Source: Streptosporangiales bacterium (lineage in GTDB: Bacteria > Actinomycetota > Actinomycetes > Streptosporangiales > WHST01). Taken from it: a stretch of 64,000 nucleotides of DNA. A program made the position numbers and the translations under genes. Positions within the stretch are counted from its first letter, which is position 1. Each line of letters begins with the position of its first letter. The DNA is taken from contig WHST01000001.1 in the NCBI GenBank assembly GCA_009379955.1, positions 25,700-89,699 of the forward strand. The letters are read 5' to 3'. This document shows positions 19,130 to 28,585 of this stretch, piece after piece. The notes under the pieces were generated by a model, which saw nothing but the letters and a program-made list of their open reading frames with translations, had not been told where the DNA came from and did no database searches.

Positions 19130-21142
19130 GTGATTGACGCTGCCTGGACGGCGTTGGGCATGTTCGCTCAACCGGCGACAGTGCTGTACCTCGTCATCGG
19201 CATCGTGTTCGGACTCCTGGTGGGTCTCCTGCCCGGTCTCGGCGGGACGGCCGCGGTCGCGCTGCTGCTCCCCATGGTGTTCGCGCTTGACCTGCCACCG
19301 GAGCTCGGCCTGCCGCTGCTGGTGGGAGCGGTGGCGTCGGTCCACCACTCGGACGTGATCGCGGGGATCCTGCTCGGGATCCCCGGATCGGCGGGCGTGG
19401 CGATCATCATGCTCGACGGGCACGCGCTGGCGAAGCAGGGCAAGGCGGCGTCGGCGCTGTCGTTGTCGTTCCTGTGCTCGATGGCCGGTGGCCTGCTGGG
19501 CGCCATCGGGCTGACCCTGACGATTCCGATCGCCCGACCGTTGATCCTGTCCTTCGGGTCCCCCGAGATCTTCATGCTCAGCGTCCTCGGGATCAGCCTG
19601 GCCGCGCTGATCTCGACCGGGAACATGCTGAAGGGCCTCATGGCCGCGGTCCTGGGGCTCTTCCTCGGCTTCATCGGTGTGGCGCCCGCCGCGGCGGACT
19701 ACCGGTACACCTTCGGCTCGCTCTTCCTGTACGAGGGTGTCGACCTCAGCTCCGTCGCCCTCGGCGTGTTCGGTGTCGCGGAGGTCGCCTACCTCGTCGC
19801 GGCTCGTGGCTCGATCACCAACACCATCAGCCTGTCCGGCAGCTGGATGGACGGCGTGCGCGACTTCCTGAAGTACTGGAAGCTCGTCCTGCGTGGCGCC
19901 CTGGTCGGCATCTGGGCCGGGATCCTTCCGGGCGTGGGCGCGACCGCCGGGAGCCTGATGGCGTACGGGCAGACGGTCGCGACCGCCAAGGACAAGAGCA
20001 GGTTCGGCAAGGGTGACCCCCGAGGGCTGGTAGGTCCGGAGAGCGCCAACAACTCCTGCGAGTCGGGTGACATGATCCCGACGCTGCTGTTCGGGGTGCC
20101 AGGGGGAGCGCCGGCCGCTCTGTTGCTCGGAGCGCTGCTGTTCTACGGGATCGAGCCGGGTCCGCGTCTCATGACCGACCACCTGGACACGGTCTACTCG
20201 ATCATCTGGGCGTTCGCACTCGCGAGCGTCATCGCGTCGATCCTGTGCTTCCCACTGTCGCGGCCGTTGGCGAAGCTCACGACCGTGCCGTTGTACCGGG
20301 TGGCGCCGGTGCTGATGATCATCATGATGTTCGGCGCCTTCCAGTCGTCCAGCCAGTTCGGCGACCTGGCCATCGTCGTCGTGCTGGGGGTCCTCGGATA
20401 CGCGATGAAGATGACCGCCTTCCCGCGGGCGCCCTTCCTCATCGGGTTCGTCCTCAGCAAGCCGCTCGAGCGCTACTACTTCCTCACCGAGAGCCTGTAC
20501 CGGACGACCGACTGGCTCCGCCGCCCGTACGTGGTCGGCATGATCCTGGTGCTGGTGATCCCGCTGGCCGTCACTCTCGTGAAGAAGGCACGCCGCCGTC
20601 GCAGGGCCGCGGGGACTGCCGGGGACGAGGACCGGTCGTCGGTCGTCGCGACCGAGGGTGTCGACGAGGGGACGGGTCCGATGGGGAATCCGTGGTGGAG
20701 CCTGGGGGTCTGCGCGTTGACCGTGCTGGTCGTCGGCGGTGGCCTCGTCCTGAGCTTCGGCTTCCACCGCGAAGCCGCTCTCGCGCCGCGACTGGTGGCC
20801 GTGGTGGGTCTCGCATGCGGTGTGGTGCTGCTGGTGCAGAGCGTCCGGGCCCTCCGCCGTCGCGCGACGTCTCCCGAGCTCTTCCCGGCGGAGCTTCGGC
20901 GGGGTGCGGCGGCGTTCGGCTGGTTCGCCGGCTACGTGATGCTGATCTACTTCCTCGGTTTCGGCGTCGCCACCCTGGTGTTCGTGCCGGCCTTCCTGTG
21001 GCGCGTCGGCCGGGTCCGGCCGAGGGGGCTCGTCATCTACACGGCCGTGGCGGTGGCCCTGGTGGTGCTCGTCTCCTTCGCGCCGAACGTCGGACTGCCC
21101 GACGGGATGCTGCTCCCGGCGATCCCCGGGTTGGCCCGATGA
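19130..21142 (+). CDS. TctA-family large permease with a C-terminal TctB-like four-TM domain (fusion)
   Basis: The first 500 aa or so are TctA-like (LLVGLLPGLGGTAAVALLLP, GVPGGAPAALLLGALL). After an RRRRR/acidic linker, about 150 aa contain four TM segments ending in NVGLPDGML, resembling TctB. No separate tctB ORF is present. Confidence 0.8.
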   Translation: MIDAAWTALGMFAQPATVLYLVIGIVFGLLVGLLPGLGGTAAVALLLPMVFALDLPPELGLPLLVGAVASVHHSDVIAGILLGIPGSAGVAIIMLDGHALAKQGKAASALSLSFLCSMAGGLLGAIGLTLTIPIARPLILSFGSPEIFMLSVLGISLAALISTGNMLKGLMAAVLGLFLGFIGVAPAAADYRYTFGSLFLYEGVDLSSVALGVFGVAEVAYLVAARGSITNTISLSGSWMDGVRDFLKYWKLVLRGALVGIWAGILPGVGATAGSLMAYGQTVATAKDKSRFGKGDPRGLVGPESANNSCESGDMIPTLLFGVPGGAPAALLLGALLFYGIEPGPRLMTDHLDTVYSIIWAFALASVIASILCFPLSRPLAKLTTVPLYRVAPVLMIIMMFGAFQSSSQFGDLAIVVVLGVLGYAMKMTAFPRAPFLIGFVLSKPLERYYFLTESLYRTTDWLRRPYVVGMILVLVIPLAVTLVKKARRRRRAAGTAGDEDRSSVVATEGVDEGTGPMGNPWWSLGVCALTVLVVGGGLVLSFGFHREAALAPRLVAVVGLACGVVLLVQSVRALRRRATSPELFPAELRRGAAAFGWFAGYVMLIYFLGFGVATLVFVPAFLWRVGRVRPRGLVIYTAVAVALVVLVSFAPNVGLPDGMLLPAIPGLAR

Positions 21143-22515
21143 GCACGCACGCGTCGACCACCGAGGTGCTGGCCGCGTTCGTCTCCGGCGCCGGCTACGA
21201 CGACATCCCCGACGACGTGCGGACGCTCGGTCGCCGGATCCTCGTGGACGGGATCGGCGTGGGGATCGCCGGCGCCCATGCCGCGGAGTTCGCGCCGCTG
21301 CTGCGCTATGCCGACGGATTCGCGGGCACCGGGGCGGTGCCTTCGGTCGGCGGGCGCGACCTGGACGTCTCGTGGGCGGCCCTGCTCGCCGGCGCCGCGA
21401 TCCATGTCCTCGACTACGACGACGTCCTGCCGGAGATGGGTCACTCCGCGGCAGTCCTGGTCCCTGTCGTCCTGTCCCTCGGACATGCACTCGGCTCGAC
21501 GGGGAGGCAGGCCCTCACCGCCGTCACGGTGGGAGCGGAGGTGGGCGCGCGACTGGGCGCGGCGATGAACCCGGCGCACTACGGCATCGGCTGGCATCCC
21601 ACCAGCGTCCTCGGCACGCTGGCGTCCGCTGCCGCCGCGGCGTCCCTCCTCGACCTCTCGCCGGACGAGACCGCGACGGCACTCGGTCTCGCCGCCGCGG
21701 CGGCGAGCGGGACGAAGGCGGGCTTCGGCAGCCTGACCAAGTGCGTCCAGGTGGGAGGCGCAGCACGGTCCGGCATCGAGGCGGCGTTGCTGAGCCGAGC
21801 GGGTGCGACGTCCAACCGCACCGTTCTCGACCGGCAGTTCGGCGGGTTCTGCGACCTGTTCTCGACCGAGACGGACCGTGCGGAGATCACGGCGGGCCTC
21901 GGTACCGAGTACGCGTTGGAGCGGCAGGGCATCAGGCTGAAGTTCCTGCCCTGCTGCGGAAGCATCCATTCAGCCGTGTACGGCATCCTCGCGGTGGTCG
22001 ACGGACACGACGTCGACCCCGACGACATCGTCGCCGTGGTGACCGAGCTGGATCCGCGGCGCCTGCCGCACACCGACCGTCCGGTCGTGCGGTCGGGGCT
22101 CGAAGGCAAGTTCAGCGTCCAGTACTGCCAGGCGACCGCGGCGGTGAACCGCCGCCTGACGATGGCGGACTTCGCCGACGAGGTCGTCTCGGAGCCCCGC
22201 CGGCAGGAGCTGATGACCCGGATCGAGCTGCGGCCCGCGACGACCCCGCTGGACGGCGGCCCGTCGACGGGGTCGAGGGGAGCGCGGGTGTCGGTCACGA
22301 CGAGGCGGGGGACGACCTTCGAGGAGTACGTCGCCGCGCCGAAGGGCGCGAAGGAGAACCCCTGCTCCGACGCGGACATCGAGGCGAAGTTCCTCGACTG
22401 CGCGGGCGTGCTGCTCGACGGGGAGCGGGCCCGATCGCTGTTCCGCGGTCTCCGCGACATCGACGGTGTCCGGGACGTCTCGACGCTCGTCGGCCCCGTC
22501 TGGGGCAGGACGTGA
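21139..22515 (+). CDS. MmgE/PrpD family protein (paralogue 3)
   Basis: 458 aa with motifs AAIHVLDYDDV and IRLKFLPCCGSIHSAVYGIL. ATG 21139 overlaps the tctA stop (ATGA). Confidence 0.85.
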   Translation: MSTHASTTEVLAAFVSGAGYDDIPDDVRTLGRRILVDGIGVGIAGAHAAEFAPLLRYADGFAGTGAVPSVGGRDLDVSWAALLAGAAIHVLDYDDVLPEMGHSAAVLVPVVLSLGHALGSTGRQALTAVTVGAEVGARLGAAMNPAHYGIGWHPTSVLGTLASAAAAASLLDLSPDETATALGLAAAAASGTKAGFGSLTKCVQVGGAARSGIEAALLSRAGATSNRTVLDRQFGGFCDLFSTETDRAEITAGLGTEYALERQGIRLKFLPCCGSIHSAVYGILAVVDGHDVDPDDIVAVVTELDPRRLPHTDRPVVRSGLEGKFSVQYCQATAAVNRRLTMADFADEVVSEPRRQELMTRIELRPATTPLDGGPSTGSRGARVSVTTRRGTTFEEYVAAPKGAKENPCSDADIEAKFLDCAGVLLDGERARSLFRGLRDIDGVRDVSTLVGPVWGRT

Positions 22516-22567
22516 CCACGTGACCGACGAGCAGCGCCGCATGTGATGCCGACCAGGAGGGATTCCC

Positions 22568-24070
22568 ATGGCTGAGGGTGACCAGGACCGCGTGATCGTC
22601 GTCGGGGCGGGCAACGCCGCGCTCGTCGCCGCGCTCGCCGCGCACGAGCACGGTGCCTCCGTCACCGTCCTGGAGGCGGGGTCGCACGCCGACCGCGGCG
22701 GGAACAGTCGTTTCGCCGGCGCGATCTTCCGCTTCGTCCACGACGGGATGCCGGCGATCGAGCCACTCCTGGCGCCGGACGAGCTCGACCTGCTGCGGTA
22801 CTCGGCCACCGCTCCGTACACGCGCGACGACTACCACGACGACATCATGGAGATGTCCGGCGGCCGTTCGGACCCCGATCTCATCCGGGTGCTGATCGAC
22901 GAGTCGTACGAGACGGTCGCCTGGATGCGGGACCGCGGGGTGAGGTGGGAGCTCTCGACCCGCAAGTTCATCAAGGACGAGCAGTTGTCGGAGCAGGAGC
23001 CGTACTTCCTGCCGCCCGGTGGCGTCGTCCGTGCCGTGAACGCCGGGATCGGACTGGTCCAGAACCTCTTCGACGCGGTGGAGTCGACCGACATCGACGT
23101 CCGGTACGAGTCGCCCGCGCACCAACTGCTGACCGACGGGTCCACGGTGCGCGGCGTCCGGGTGCGGCGGCGGGACGGCTTCACGGACCTGACGGGACGG
23201 GTGGTGCTCGCATGTGGAGGCTTCGAGTCCAGCCCGGAGATGCGGTCGCGGTACCTGGGCGCAGGATGGGACCTGGTGAAGGTCCGCGGCACGCGGTTCA
23301 ACACCGGCACGATGTTGGAGGAGGCGCTGCGTGCGGGAGCGGCGGCGTACGGGCACTGGGCGGGATGCCATGCCACGCCGGTGGCGCTCGACGCCCCGGA
23401 CGTCGGCGACCTGGAGATCACGGACAGGTCGGCCCGACACTCGTACCCGTACGGCATCCTGGTGAACCTGGACGGTGACCGCTTCGTCGACGAGGGCGAG
23501 CTGTACTACCTCCACACGTATGCGAAGACCGGGGCGGCGATACGTGCGCAACGCCGGGCCGTCGGCGTGCAGATCTTCGACCAGCAGACCCTCCACCTGC
23601 TGCAGCCGAGGTATGCGACCCAGAAACCGGTGATCGCCGACACCGTCCACGAGCTGGCGGTGCAGCTGGGCATCCCATCCGGCGCGCTCGAGCGGACCGT
23701 GGAGGAGTTCAACGCGGCCGTGCCCGCCGACGCGACGGGATTCGATCCCCTGGTCGAGGACGGCCTGGCGACCACGGGGCTGTCGCTGCCGAAGAGCAAC
23801 TGGTCGTTGCGTCTCGACCAGCCGCCCTTCGTCGCCTATCCGGTCACGTGCGGGATCACCTTCACCTACGGAGGTCTGCGGACCGACACGGACGCCCGTG
23901 TCGTCGACGCCCGCGGCGCCGCGATGCCCGGCCTGTACGCGACGGGCGAGATCACCGGCGGCTTCTTCTATCACAACTATCCGGGTGGATCGGGACTCAT
24001 GCGTGGAGCCGTGCTGGGTCGCCGTGCGGGGACGAACGCCGCCCTGCTGCGCGACAACGGTGCGGCGTGA
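22568..24070 (+). CDS. FAD-dependent oxidoreductase, tricarballylate dehydrogenase TcuA-like
   Basis: VIVVGAGNAALVAALAAHEHGASVTVLEAG...RGGNSRF N-terminus and GLYATGEITGGFF C-terminus, consistent with the fumarate-reductase/TcuA flavoprotein fold. AGGAGGG RBS. No tcuB partner is nearby. Confidence 0.75.
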   Translation: MAEGDQDRVIVVGAGNAALVAALAAHEHGASVTVLEAGSHADRGGNSRFAGAIFRFVHDGMPAIEPLLAPDELDLLRYSATAPYTRDDYHDDIMEMSGGRSDPDLIRVLIDESYETVAWMRDRGVRWELSTRKFIKDEQLSEQEPYFLPPGGVVRAVNAGIGLVQNLFDAVESTDIDVRYESPAHQLLTDGSTVRGVRVRRRDGFTDLTGRVVLACGGFESSPEMRSRYLGAGWDLVKVRGTRFNTGTMLEEALRAGAAAYGHWAGCHATPVALDAPDVGDLEITDRSARHSYPYGILVNLDGDRFVDEGELYYLHTYAKTGAAIRAQRRAVGVQIFDQQTLHLLQPRYATQKPVIADTVHELAVQLGIPSGALERTVEEFNAAVPADATGFDPLVEDGLATTGLSLPKSNWSLRLDQPPFVAYPVTCGITFTYGGLRTDTDARVVDARGAAMPGLYATGEITGGFFYHNYPGGSGLMRGAVLGRRAGTNAALLRDNGAA

Positions 24071-24092
24071 ACACGTGGAGGAGAGAGGCGAT

Positions 24093-25478
24093 ATGACACT
24101 GACCGAGAGGCTCGTCGACCGCGTGCTCGACGTTCGCTACGACACGCTCGGGACCGACGTGGTGGAGATGGCCAAGCACGTCTGCCTCGACGGCGTCGGC
24201 GTGATCCTCGCGGGGTACGACGAGCCCCTAGGTGTGGGCCGCCTGGTGACCCGGTTCGTCGAGGACCTCGGGGGCGCCGAGCAGGCGTCCGTCTTCGCCG
24301 CGGGCTTCAAGACATCGGTGACCAACGCCGCGTTCGCCAACGGGACGATGGCCCACGCCCTGGACTTCGACAACACCTGGTACCCGCTCAACCATCCGAT
24401 GTCGCCGACGCTGCCGGCCATCCTCGCGCTCGCGGAACACCACGGGTTCTCCGGCAGGGACGTCATCACGGCGATCGCCACCGCGTTCGAGGTGCAGGGC
24501 CGCCTGCGCCTGGCCTGCACGGGACTGCACACGGGCCGTGGCTTCCACAAGCCCGGCATGACGGGAACGATGGGGGCGACCGCGGCCGCGGTCAAGCTCC
24601 TCGGACTCGACCGCGACCAGGCGATCATGGCGTTCGGCATCTCGGGCTCGAGGGCGGGCAGCCTGAGCCTCAACACGGGCACGATGACCAAGTCGAGCCA
24701 CTCGGGGCACGCGGCACGGATGGGCGTCGAGTCGGCCATGCTCGCCTCGATGGGCTGGACCGCGACGTCCGACGTCTTCGGCCCCCGGGGCTTCTTCGAC
24801 ACCTTCCTCGGCGACGAGCACGAGGACGAGCTGCTCCTCGAGCACTTCGCCGAGCCGTTCCGGATGGTCGATCCCGGCGTCGGGTTCAAGAAGCATCCGT
24901 CGAACTACTTCACGCACCGGCCGATCGACGCCGCGCTCGCGATCCGTGCGGAGAACACGTTCGATCCCGGTGACGTGACCTCGGTGGAGGTGCGGTTCCC
25001 CAGGTTCGAGTACGTCGACCGTCCCCGTCCCGAGTCGGGGCTCGACGGCAAGTTCAGCGTCCAGTACACGACGGCCACCGCGCTGCTCGACGGTCGGATC
25101 GGCATCGGCACCTTCACCAACGAGCGGCGGTTCGCCAGGGACGTCGACGAGTTCCTCGCCAAGGTGCACCTGGTCTTCGACGACGACATCCCGAACGACT
25201 TCCAGGACATGCACGTCGTGGTCACCGTGACGCTCGGCGACGGCAGGGTCCTCGAGAAGCGGGTCGACGAGCTGAGCGGGATGCACGGCGTCCCGCTCAG
25301 CCGTGACCAGCGCACCGAGAAGTTCCTGATGTGCTGCGAGCAGGTCCTGACCGACGGCGACGCCAGGAAGCTCATGGCCGAGGTGGAGGACCTCGAGAAG
25401 GCCGCCGACGTCCGCACGCTCACGGACCTGGCACGCGGGACCCGTGGAGACAAGAGGCGTGGAGGCCGCGAGGCATGA
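24093..25478 (+). CDS. MmgE/PrpD family protein (paralogue 4)
   Basis: 461 aa with motifs NGTMAHALDFDNT and GVGFKKHPSNYFTHRPIDAAL. ATG 24093 follows GGAGGAGAGAGG. Confidence 0.85.
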   Translation: MTLTERLVDRVLDVRYDTLGTDVVEMAKHVCLDGVGVILAGYDEPLGVGRLVTRFVEDLGGAEQASVFAAGFKTSVTNAAFANGTMAHALDFDNTWYPLNHPMSPTLPAILALAEHHGFSGRDVITAIATAFEVQGRLRLACTGLHTGRGFHKPGMTGTMGATAAAVKLLGLDRDQAIMAFGISGSRAGSLSLNTGTMTKSSHSGHAARMGVESAMLASMGWTATSDVFGPRGFFDTFLGDEHEDELLLEHFAEPFRMVDPGVGFKKHPSNYFTHRPIDAALAIRAENTFDPGDVTSVEVRFPRFEYVDRPRPESGLDGKFSVQYTTATALLDGRIGIGTFTNERRFARDVDEFLAKVHLVFDDDIPNDFQDMHVVVTVTLGDGRVLEKRVDELSGMHGVPLSRDQRTEKFLMCCEQVLTDGDARKLMAEVEDLEKAADVRTLTDLARGTRGDKRRGGREA

Positions 25479-26539
25479 CACTCCTCCTCGACAACGACGA
25501 CGTCGCCGGCCTGATCTCGATGGAGGACTGCCTCGACGCGCTCCGGGTGATGTACCGCGAGTTCGACGCCGGTCGTGCGTTGACCCGGACGCGAAGCGAC
25601 CTGCTCGTCCCCGGCGGCGAGGACGAGACGTTCAGCCTGAAGACGCAGGACGGCGTCGTCTCGGCGGAGGGAGTCGCAGCGGTTCGGATCAACTCCGACC
25701 TGTTGCGGTGGCCCACGGACGGCACCGGAACGAGGCGTCAGAAGGTGCCGCGCGCCGGCGGACGATGGGTCGGTCTCGTGCTCCTGTTCAGCACCTCGAC
25801 CGGCGAGCCGCTCGCCATCTTCCCCGACGGCGTCGCGCAGCGGATGAGAGTGGCGGGCACCAGCGTGCTCGCGATGGACGCACTCGCCCGGCGCGAGGCG
25901 TCGAGGCTCGCGGTCCTGGGCGTCGGCTGGCAGGCGGAGGCCCAGGTGCTGGCGGCGACCAGGGTGCGGCGCTTCACCTCCGTTCGCTGTTTCGGTCCGA
26001 CGGAGGACCGCCGGGTCGACTTCGCGGCACGCATGTCCTCCGTACTCGACCGGCGGGTCGACGCGTGCGGCTCGCCGGACGACGCCGTCCGGGAGGCCGA
26101 CGTGATCCTCTGTGCGACCAACGCCATCTCGCCGGTCGTCCGGCCCGACTGGGTGCTGCCGGGTGTGCACGTCGGCGTCGTGAAGGTTCCCGAGGTACCG
26201 CGGGCGGTCGTCGACGCGGTCGACATCGCCGTCGTCCACTCACCACTCGCCAGTCCCGCGGTGATCGTGGCACGCGGAACGCGGTCGCGTGAGACCGAAC
26301 CGACCGATGACGGGGCGCTCGACGCGACGACCGCACACGCGCTGCCCGAGCTGACCGACCTGCTGTCCGGGCGGCTCGGTGGACGGACGGGTGACGAGCA
26401 GACGTCGTGCTTCGTCAACAACGGGGGCCTGGGCATCCAGTTCGCCGCGATCGGCGCCCTGATCCACCGGCGCGCACGGGAGCGCGGGATCGGTCGGGAG
26501 CTGCCGACCGACTGGTTCACCGAGTCCGTCCATCCCTGA
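25475..26539 (+). CDS. Ornithine cyclodeaminase / mu-crystallin family NAD(P)-dependent enzyme
   Basis: 354 aa with N-terminus LLDNDDVAGLISMEDCLDALR and a Rossmann motif (LAVLGVGWQAEAQV). ATG 25475 overlaps the paralogue-4 stop (ATGA). Confidence 0.8.
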   Translation: MTLLLDNDDVAGLISMEDCLDALRVMYREFDAGRALTRTRSDLLVPGGEDETFSLKTQDGVVSAEGVAAVRINSDLLRWPTDGTGTRRQKVPRAGGRWVGLVLLFSTSTGEPLAIFPDGVAQRMRVAGTSVLAMDALARREASRLAVLGVGWQAEAQVLAATRVRRFTSVRCFGPTEDRRVDFAARMSSVLDRRVDACGSPDDAVREADVILCATNAISPVVRPDWVLPGVHVGVVKVPEVPRAVVDAVDIAVVHSPLASPAVIVARGTRSRETEPTDDGALDATTAHALPELTDLLSGRLGGRTGDEQTSCFVNNGGLGIQFAAIGALIHRRARERGIGRELPTDWFTESVHP

Positions 26540-26625
26540 GAGGGCTGCCGGCCATCAGTCAGGCTTAACGCCCGTGTACCAGGTCGGCACTTCCGCTGAC
26601 CGGCGCGATCGCGGAGGCTGGGTGC

Positions 26626-27552
26626 ATGTCACTCCGGTTGTGGGCTCTGCTCGGCCTCCTGGCCGCCATCTGGGGTTCGTCGTACATGTTCATCGCGCTC
26701 GGCCTCGCCGACGTCGGGCCCTTCGCCCTGGTGTTCCTCCGCGCCGCCCTCGCCGCCCTGGTCGTGATCCCGTTCGGGATCAGGCACCGGCGGACGCTCT
26801 CCGGGCGGTGGCCGGCGATGGTGGTGCTCGCGCTCACCCAGGTCGCGGTGCCGTTCCTGCTCATCACCGCGGCGGAGCAACGGATACCGTCCGGCCTCGC
26901 CGGTGTGCTGGTCGCGAGCCAGCCGCTCTGGCTCGCGGTGCTGCTGCCCGTGGTCGGGTCCGGGCGGCCCGCGGCCGTCTCCGCGGTCGGCACGGTGATC
27001 GGCTTCGGCGGCGTCGCGCTGGTCGCCGGCCACGACGGGTCGGGTGCCGTGGACCTCGTCGGGGTGGTCATGGTGCTGGGCGCCGGGCTCTCGTACGCCT
27101 TCGCCACCTGGTGGGCGCGGCGGACGATGACCGGCGTCAACCCGATGGCGCAGACCGGAGCGATGCTGGCGGTCGCGAGCGTGCTCGTCGCCCCGTTCGC
27201 CGCGTTCCAGGTGCCCCACGCGATCCACCTGACCTCGGGTGCCGCGATCCTCGTGCTCGCCGTGGTCGGCACGGGTGCCGCGTTCATCATCTTCGCCCGG
27301 CTGGTCAAGGAGGCCGGCCCCGCCAGGGCGAGCCTCGTGTCCTACCTCGCGCCCGCCTTCGCCCTGGGCTACGGAGCGACCCTGCTCGACGAGCCCCTCG
27401 GGATCGCCGGCGTGGCGGGCCTCGTGCTCATCCTCGCGGGGTCGTGGCTCGGCACGAGGAGCTCGGCACGCCGGGCGGTGCGTCGCGCGGCGGTCGTGCC
27501 GCCGGTCGGGGTCATTCCGGAGCCGCGGCCCGCGGGTCGACGAGGATCTTGA
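26626..27552 (+). CDS. EamA/DMT-family transporter
   Basis: 308 aa, 10 predicted TM segments, N-terminus AAIWGSSYMFIALGL. The 3' end overlaps the convergent ADH gene by 41 nt. Confidence 0.8.
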   Translation: MSLRLWALLGLLAAIWGSSYMFIALGLADVGPFALVFLRAALAALVVIPFGIRHRRTLSGRWPAMVVLALTQVAVPFLLITAAEQRIPSGLAGVLVASQPLWLAVLLPVVGSGRPAAVSAVGTVIGFGGVALVAGHDGSGAVDLVGVVMVLGAGLSYAFATWWARRTMTGVNPMAQTGAMLAVASVLVAPFAAFQVPHAIHLTSGAAILVLAVVGTGAAFIIFARLVKEAGPARASLVSYLAPAFALGYGATLLDEPLGIAGVAGLVLILAGSWLGTRSSARRAVRRAAVVPPVGVIPEPRPAGRRGS

Positions 27553-28585
27553 GCGTCGTGCGATCGGTGCGCAGTCGCTCGAAGCCGTCCGGCACCACGC
27601 GCTCGAGAGGCACTGTCGCGGTCAGCAACGGTTCGGTGGCGACCACGCCACGGCTCAGGAGCGCGACGGCAGCGGCGATATCGACGTCCCACAGGTGCGA
27701 TGCCGTACCGACCAACCGCCGTTCGCCGAGGACGACGGGGAGGAGCGGAACGGGTTCGTCGCCGGCGCGGAGGCCGACGAGGACGATGGTGCCGCCCGGA
27801 CGGCTGAGCGCGACCGAGCCGGCGAGGGTGCCGGGCGCTCCCGAACACTCGACGACGACGTCGGCGCCGCGTCCGTCGGTGAGCTCGGCCACCGTCGCCG
27901 GACCGTCGCCCGGTGGGCAGCTGTGGGCACCGAAGCGCGAGGCAAGACGCCGACGGTCCTCCACCGGGTCGACGGCGAGCACCGAGGTCGCGCCCGAGTG
28001 GAGCGCGACCTGCGCGACGAGCTGACCGATCACGCCGGCGCCGACGATGACGACGCCGCGTCCGGTCAGGTCACCGGCCTTCGCGAGCGCGCGGACGGCG
28101 ACGGCAACGGGCTCGGCGAACGCGGCGACATCGACGGGAACAGTGGCGGGAACGGTGACGCAGGTGGCCGCCTCGGCGACGAGGTACTCGGCCAGCCCGC
28201 CGTCGCTCTGCAGGCCACGAGCGTCCACCGTGGGGCACAGGATCTCCTCGTGCCGCAGGCACCACCAGCAGCTCCCGCACCCGACGACGCCGTCGGGGAC
28301 GACCCGGGTGCCCACCGCCGGGCCGTCGTGCGTGGTGGTGGCCACGACCGTCCCGACAAGCTCGTGACCGAGGACGATCGGCGCCCGCCCTCCCGTCCGG
28401 GGGTGCGGCCGTGTGACGGGTATCAACACGGGACCTTCGAGGTACTCCTCCAGGTCGGTGCCGCAGAGGCCGGCGCGTTCCACCCGCACCAGCACCTCGC
28501 CGTCGCCCGGGGCCGGGATCGGGACATCCTCGACGCGGACGTCACCCGCCGCGTGCCATCGGGCGGCCCGCATCGTGTCGTTCAT
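27512..28585 (-). CDS. Zinc-dependent medium-chain alcohol/sugar dehydrogenase
   Basis: 357 aa with motifs GLCGTDLE, VLGHELVGTV, CGSCWWCL and VIVGAGVIGQL. ATG 28585 overlaps the upstream stop (ATGA). Confidence 0.85.
   Translation of the reverse strand: MNDTMRAARWHAAGDVRVEDVPIPAPGDGEVLVRVERAGLCGTDLEEYLEGPVLIPVTRPHPRTGGRAPIVLGHELVGTVVATTTHDGPAVGTRVVPDGVVGCGSCWWCLRHEEILCPTVDARGLQSDGGLAEYLVAEAATCVTVPATVPVDVAAFAEPVAVAVRALAKAGDLTGRGVVIVGAGVIGQLVAQVALHSGATSVLAVDPVEDRRRLASRFGAHSCPPGDGPATVAELTDGRGADVVVECSGAPGTLAGSVALSRPGGTIVLVGLRAGDEPVPLLPVVLGERRLVGTASHLWDVDIAAAVALLSRGVVATEPLLTATVPLERVVPDGFERLRTDRTTLKILVDPRAAAPE

Noticed and set aside
17993-21490. Very long antisense ORFs. Examples: 1165 aa at 17993-21490, 697 aa at 10486-12579, 770 aa at 43165-45477, 848 aa at 56746-59292, 660 aa at 54514-56496, 652 aa at 36908-38866, 623 aa at 1290-3161, 601 aa at 29775-31580, 559 aa at 22295-23974.
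   Set aside because: Their translations are Arg/Gly/Asp/His/Pro-rich low-complexity sequences with no family motifs. Each lies opposite a gene with clear homology-type motifs. Stop-free antisense frames are expected at about 70% GC.
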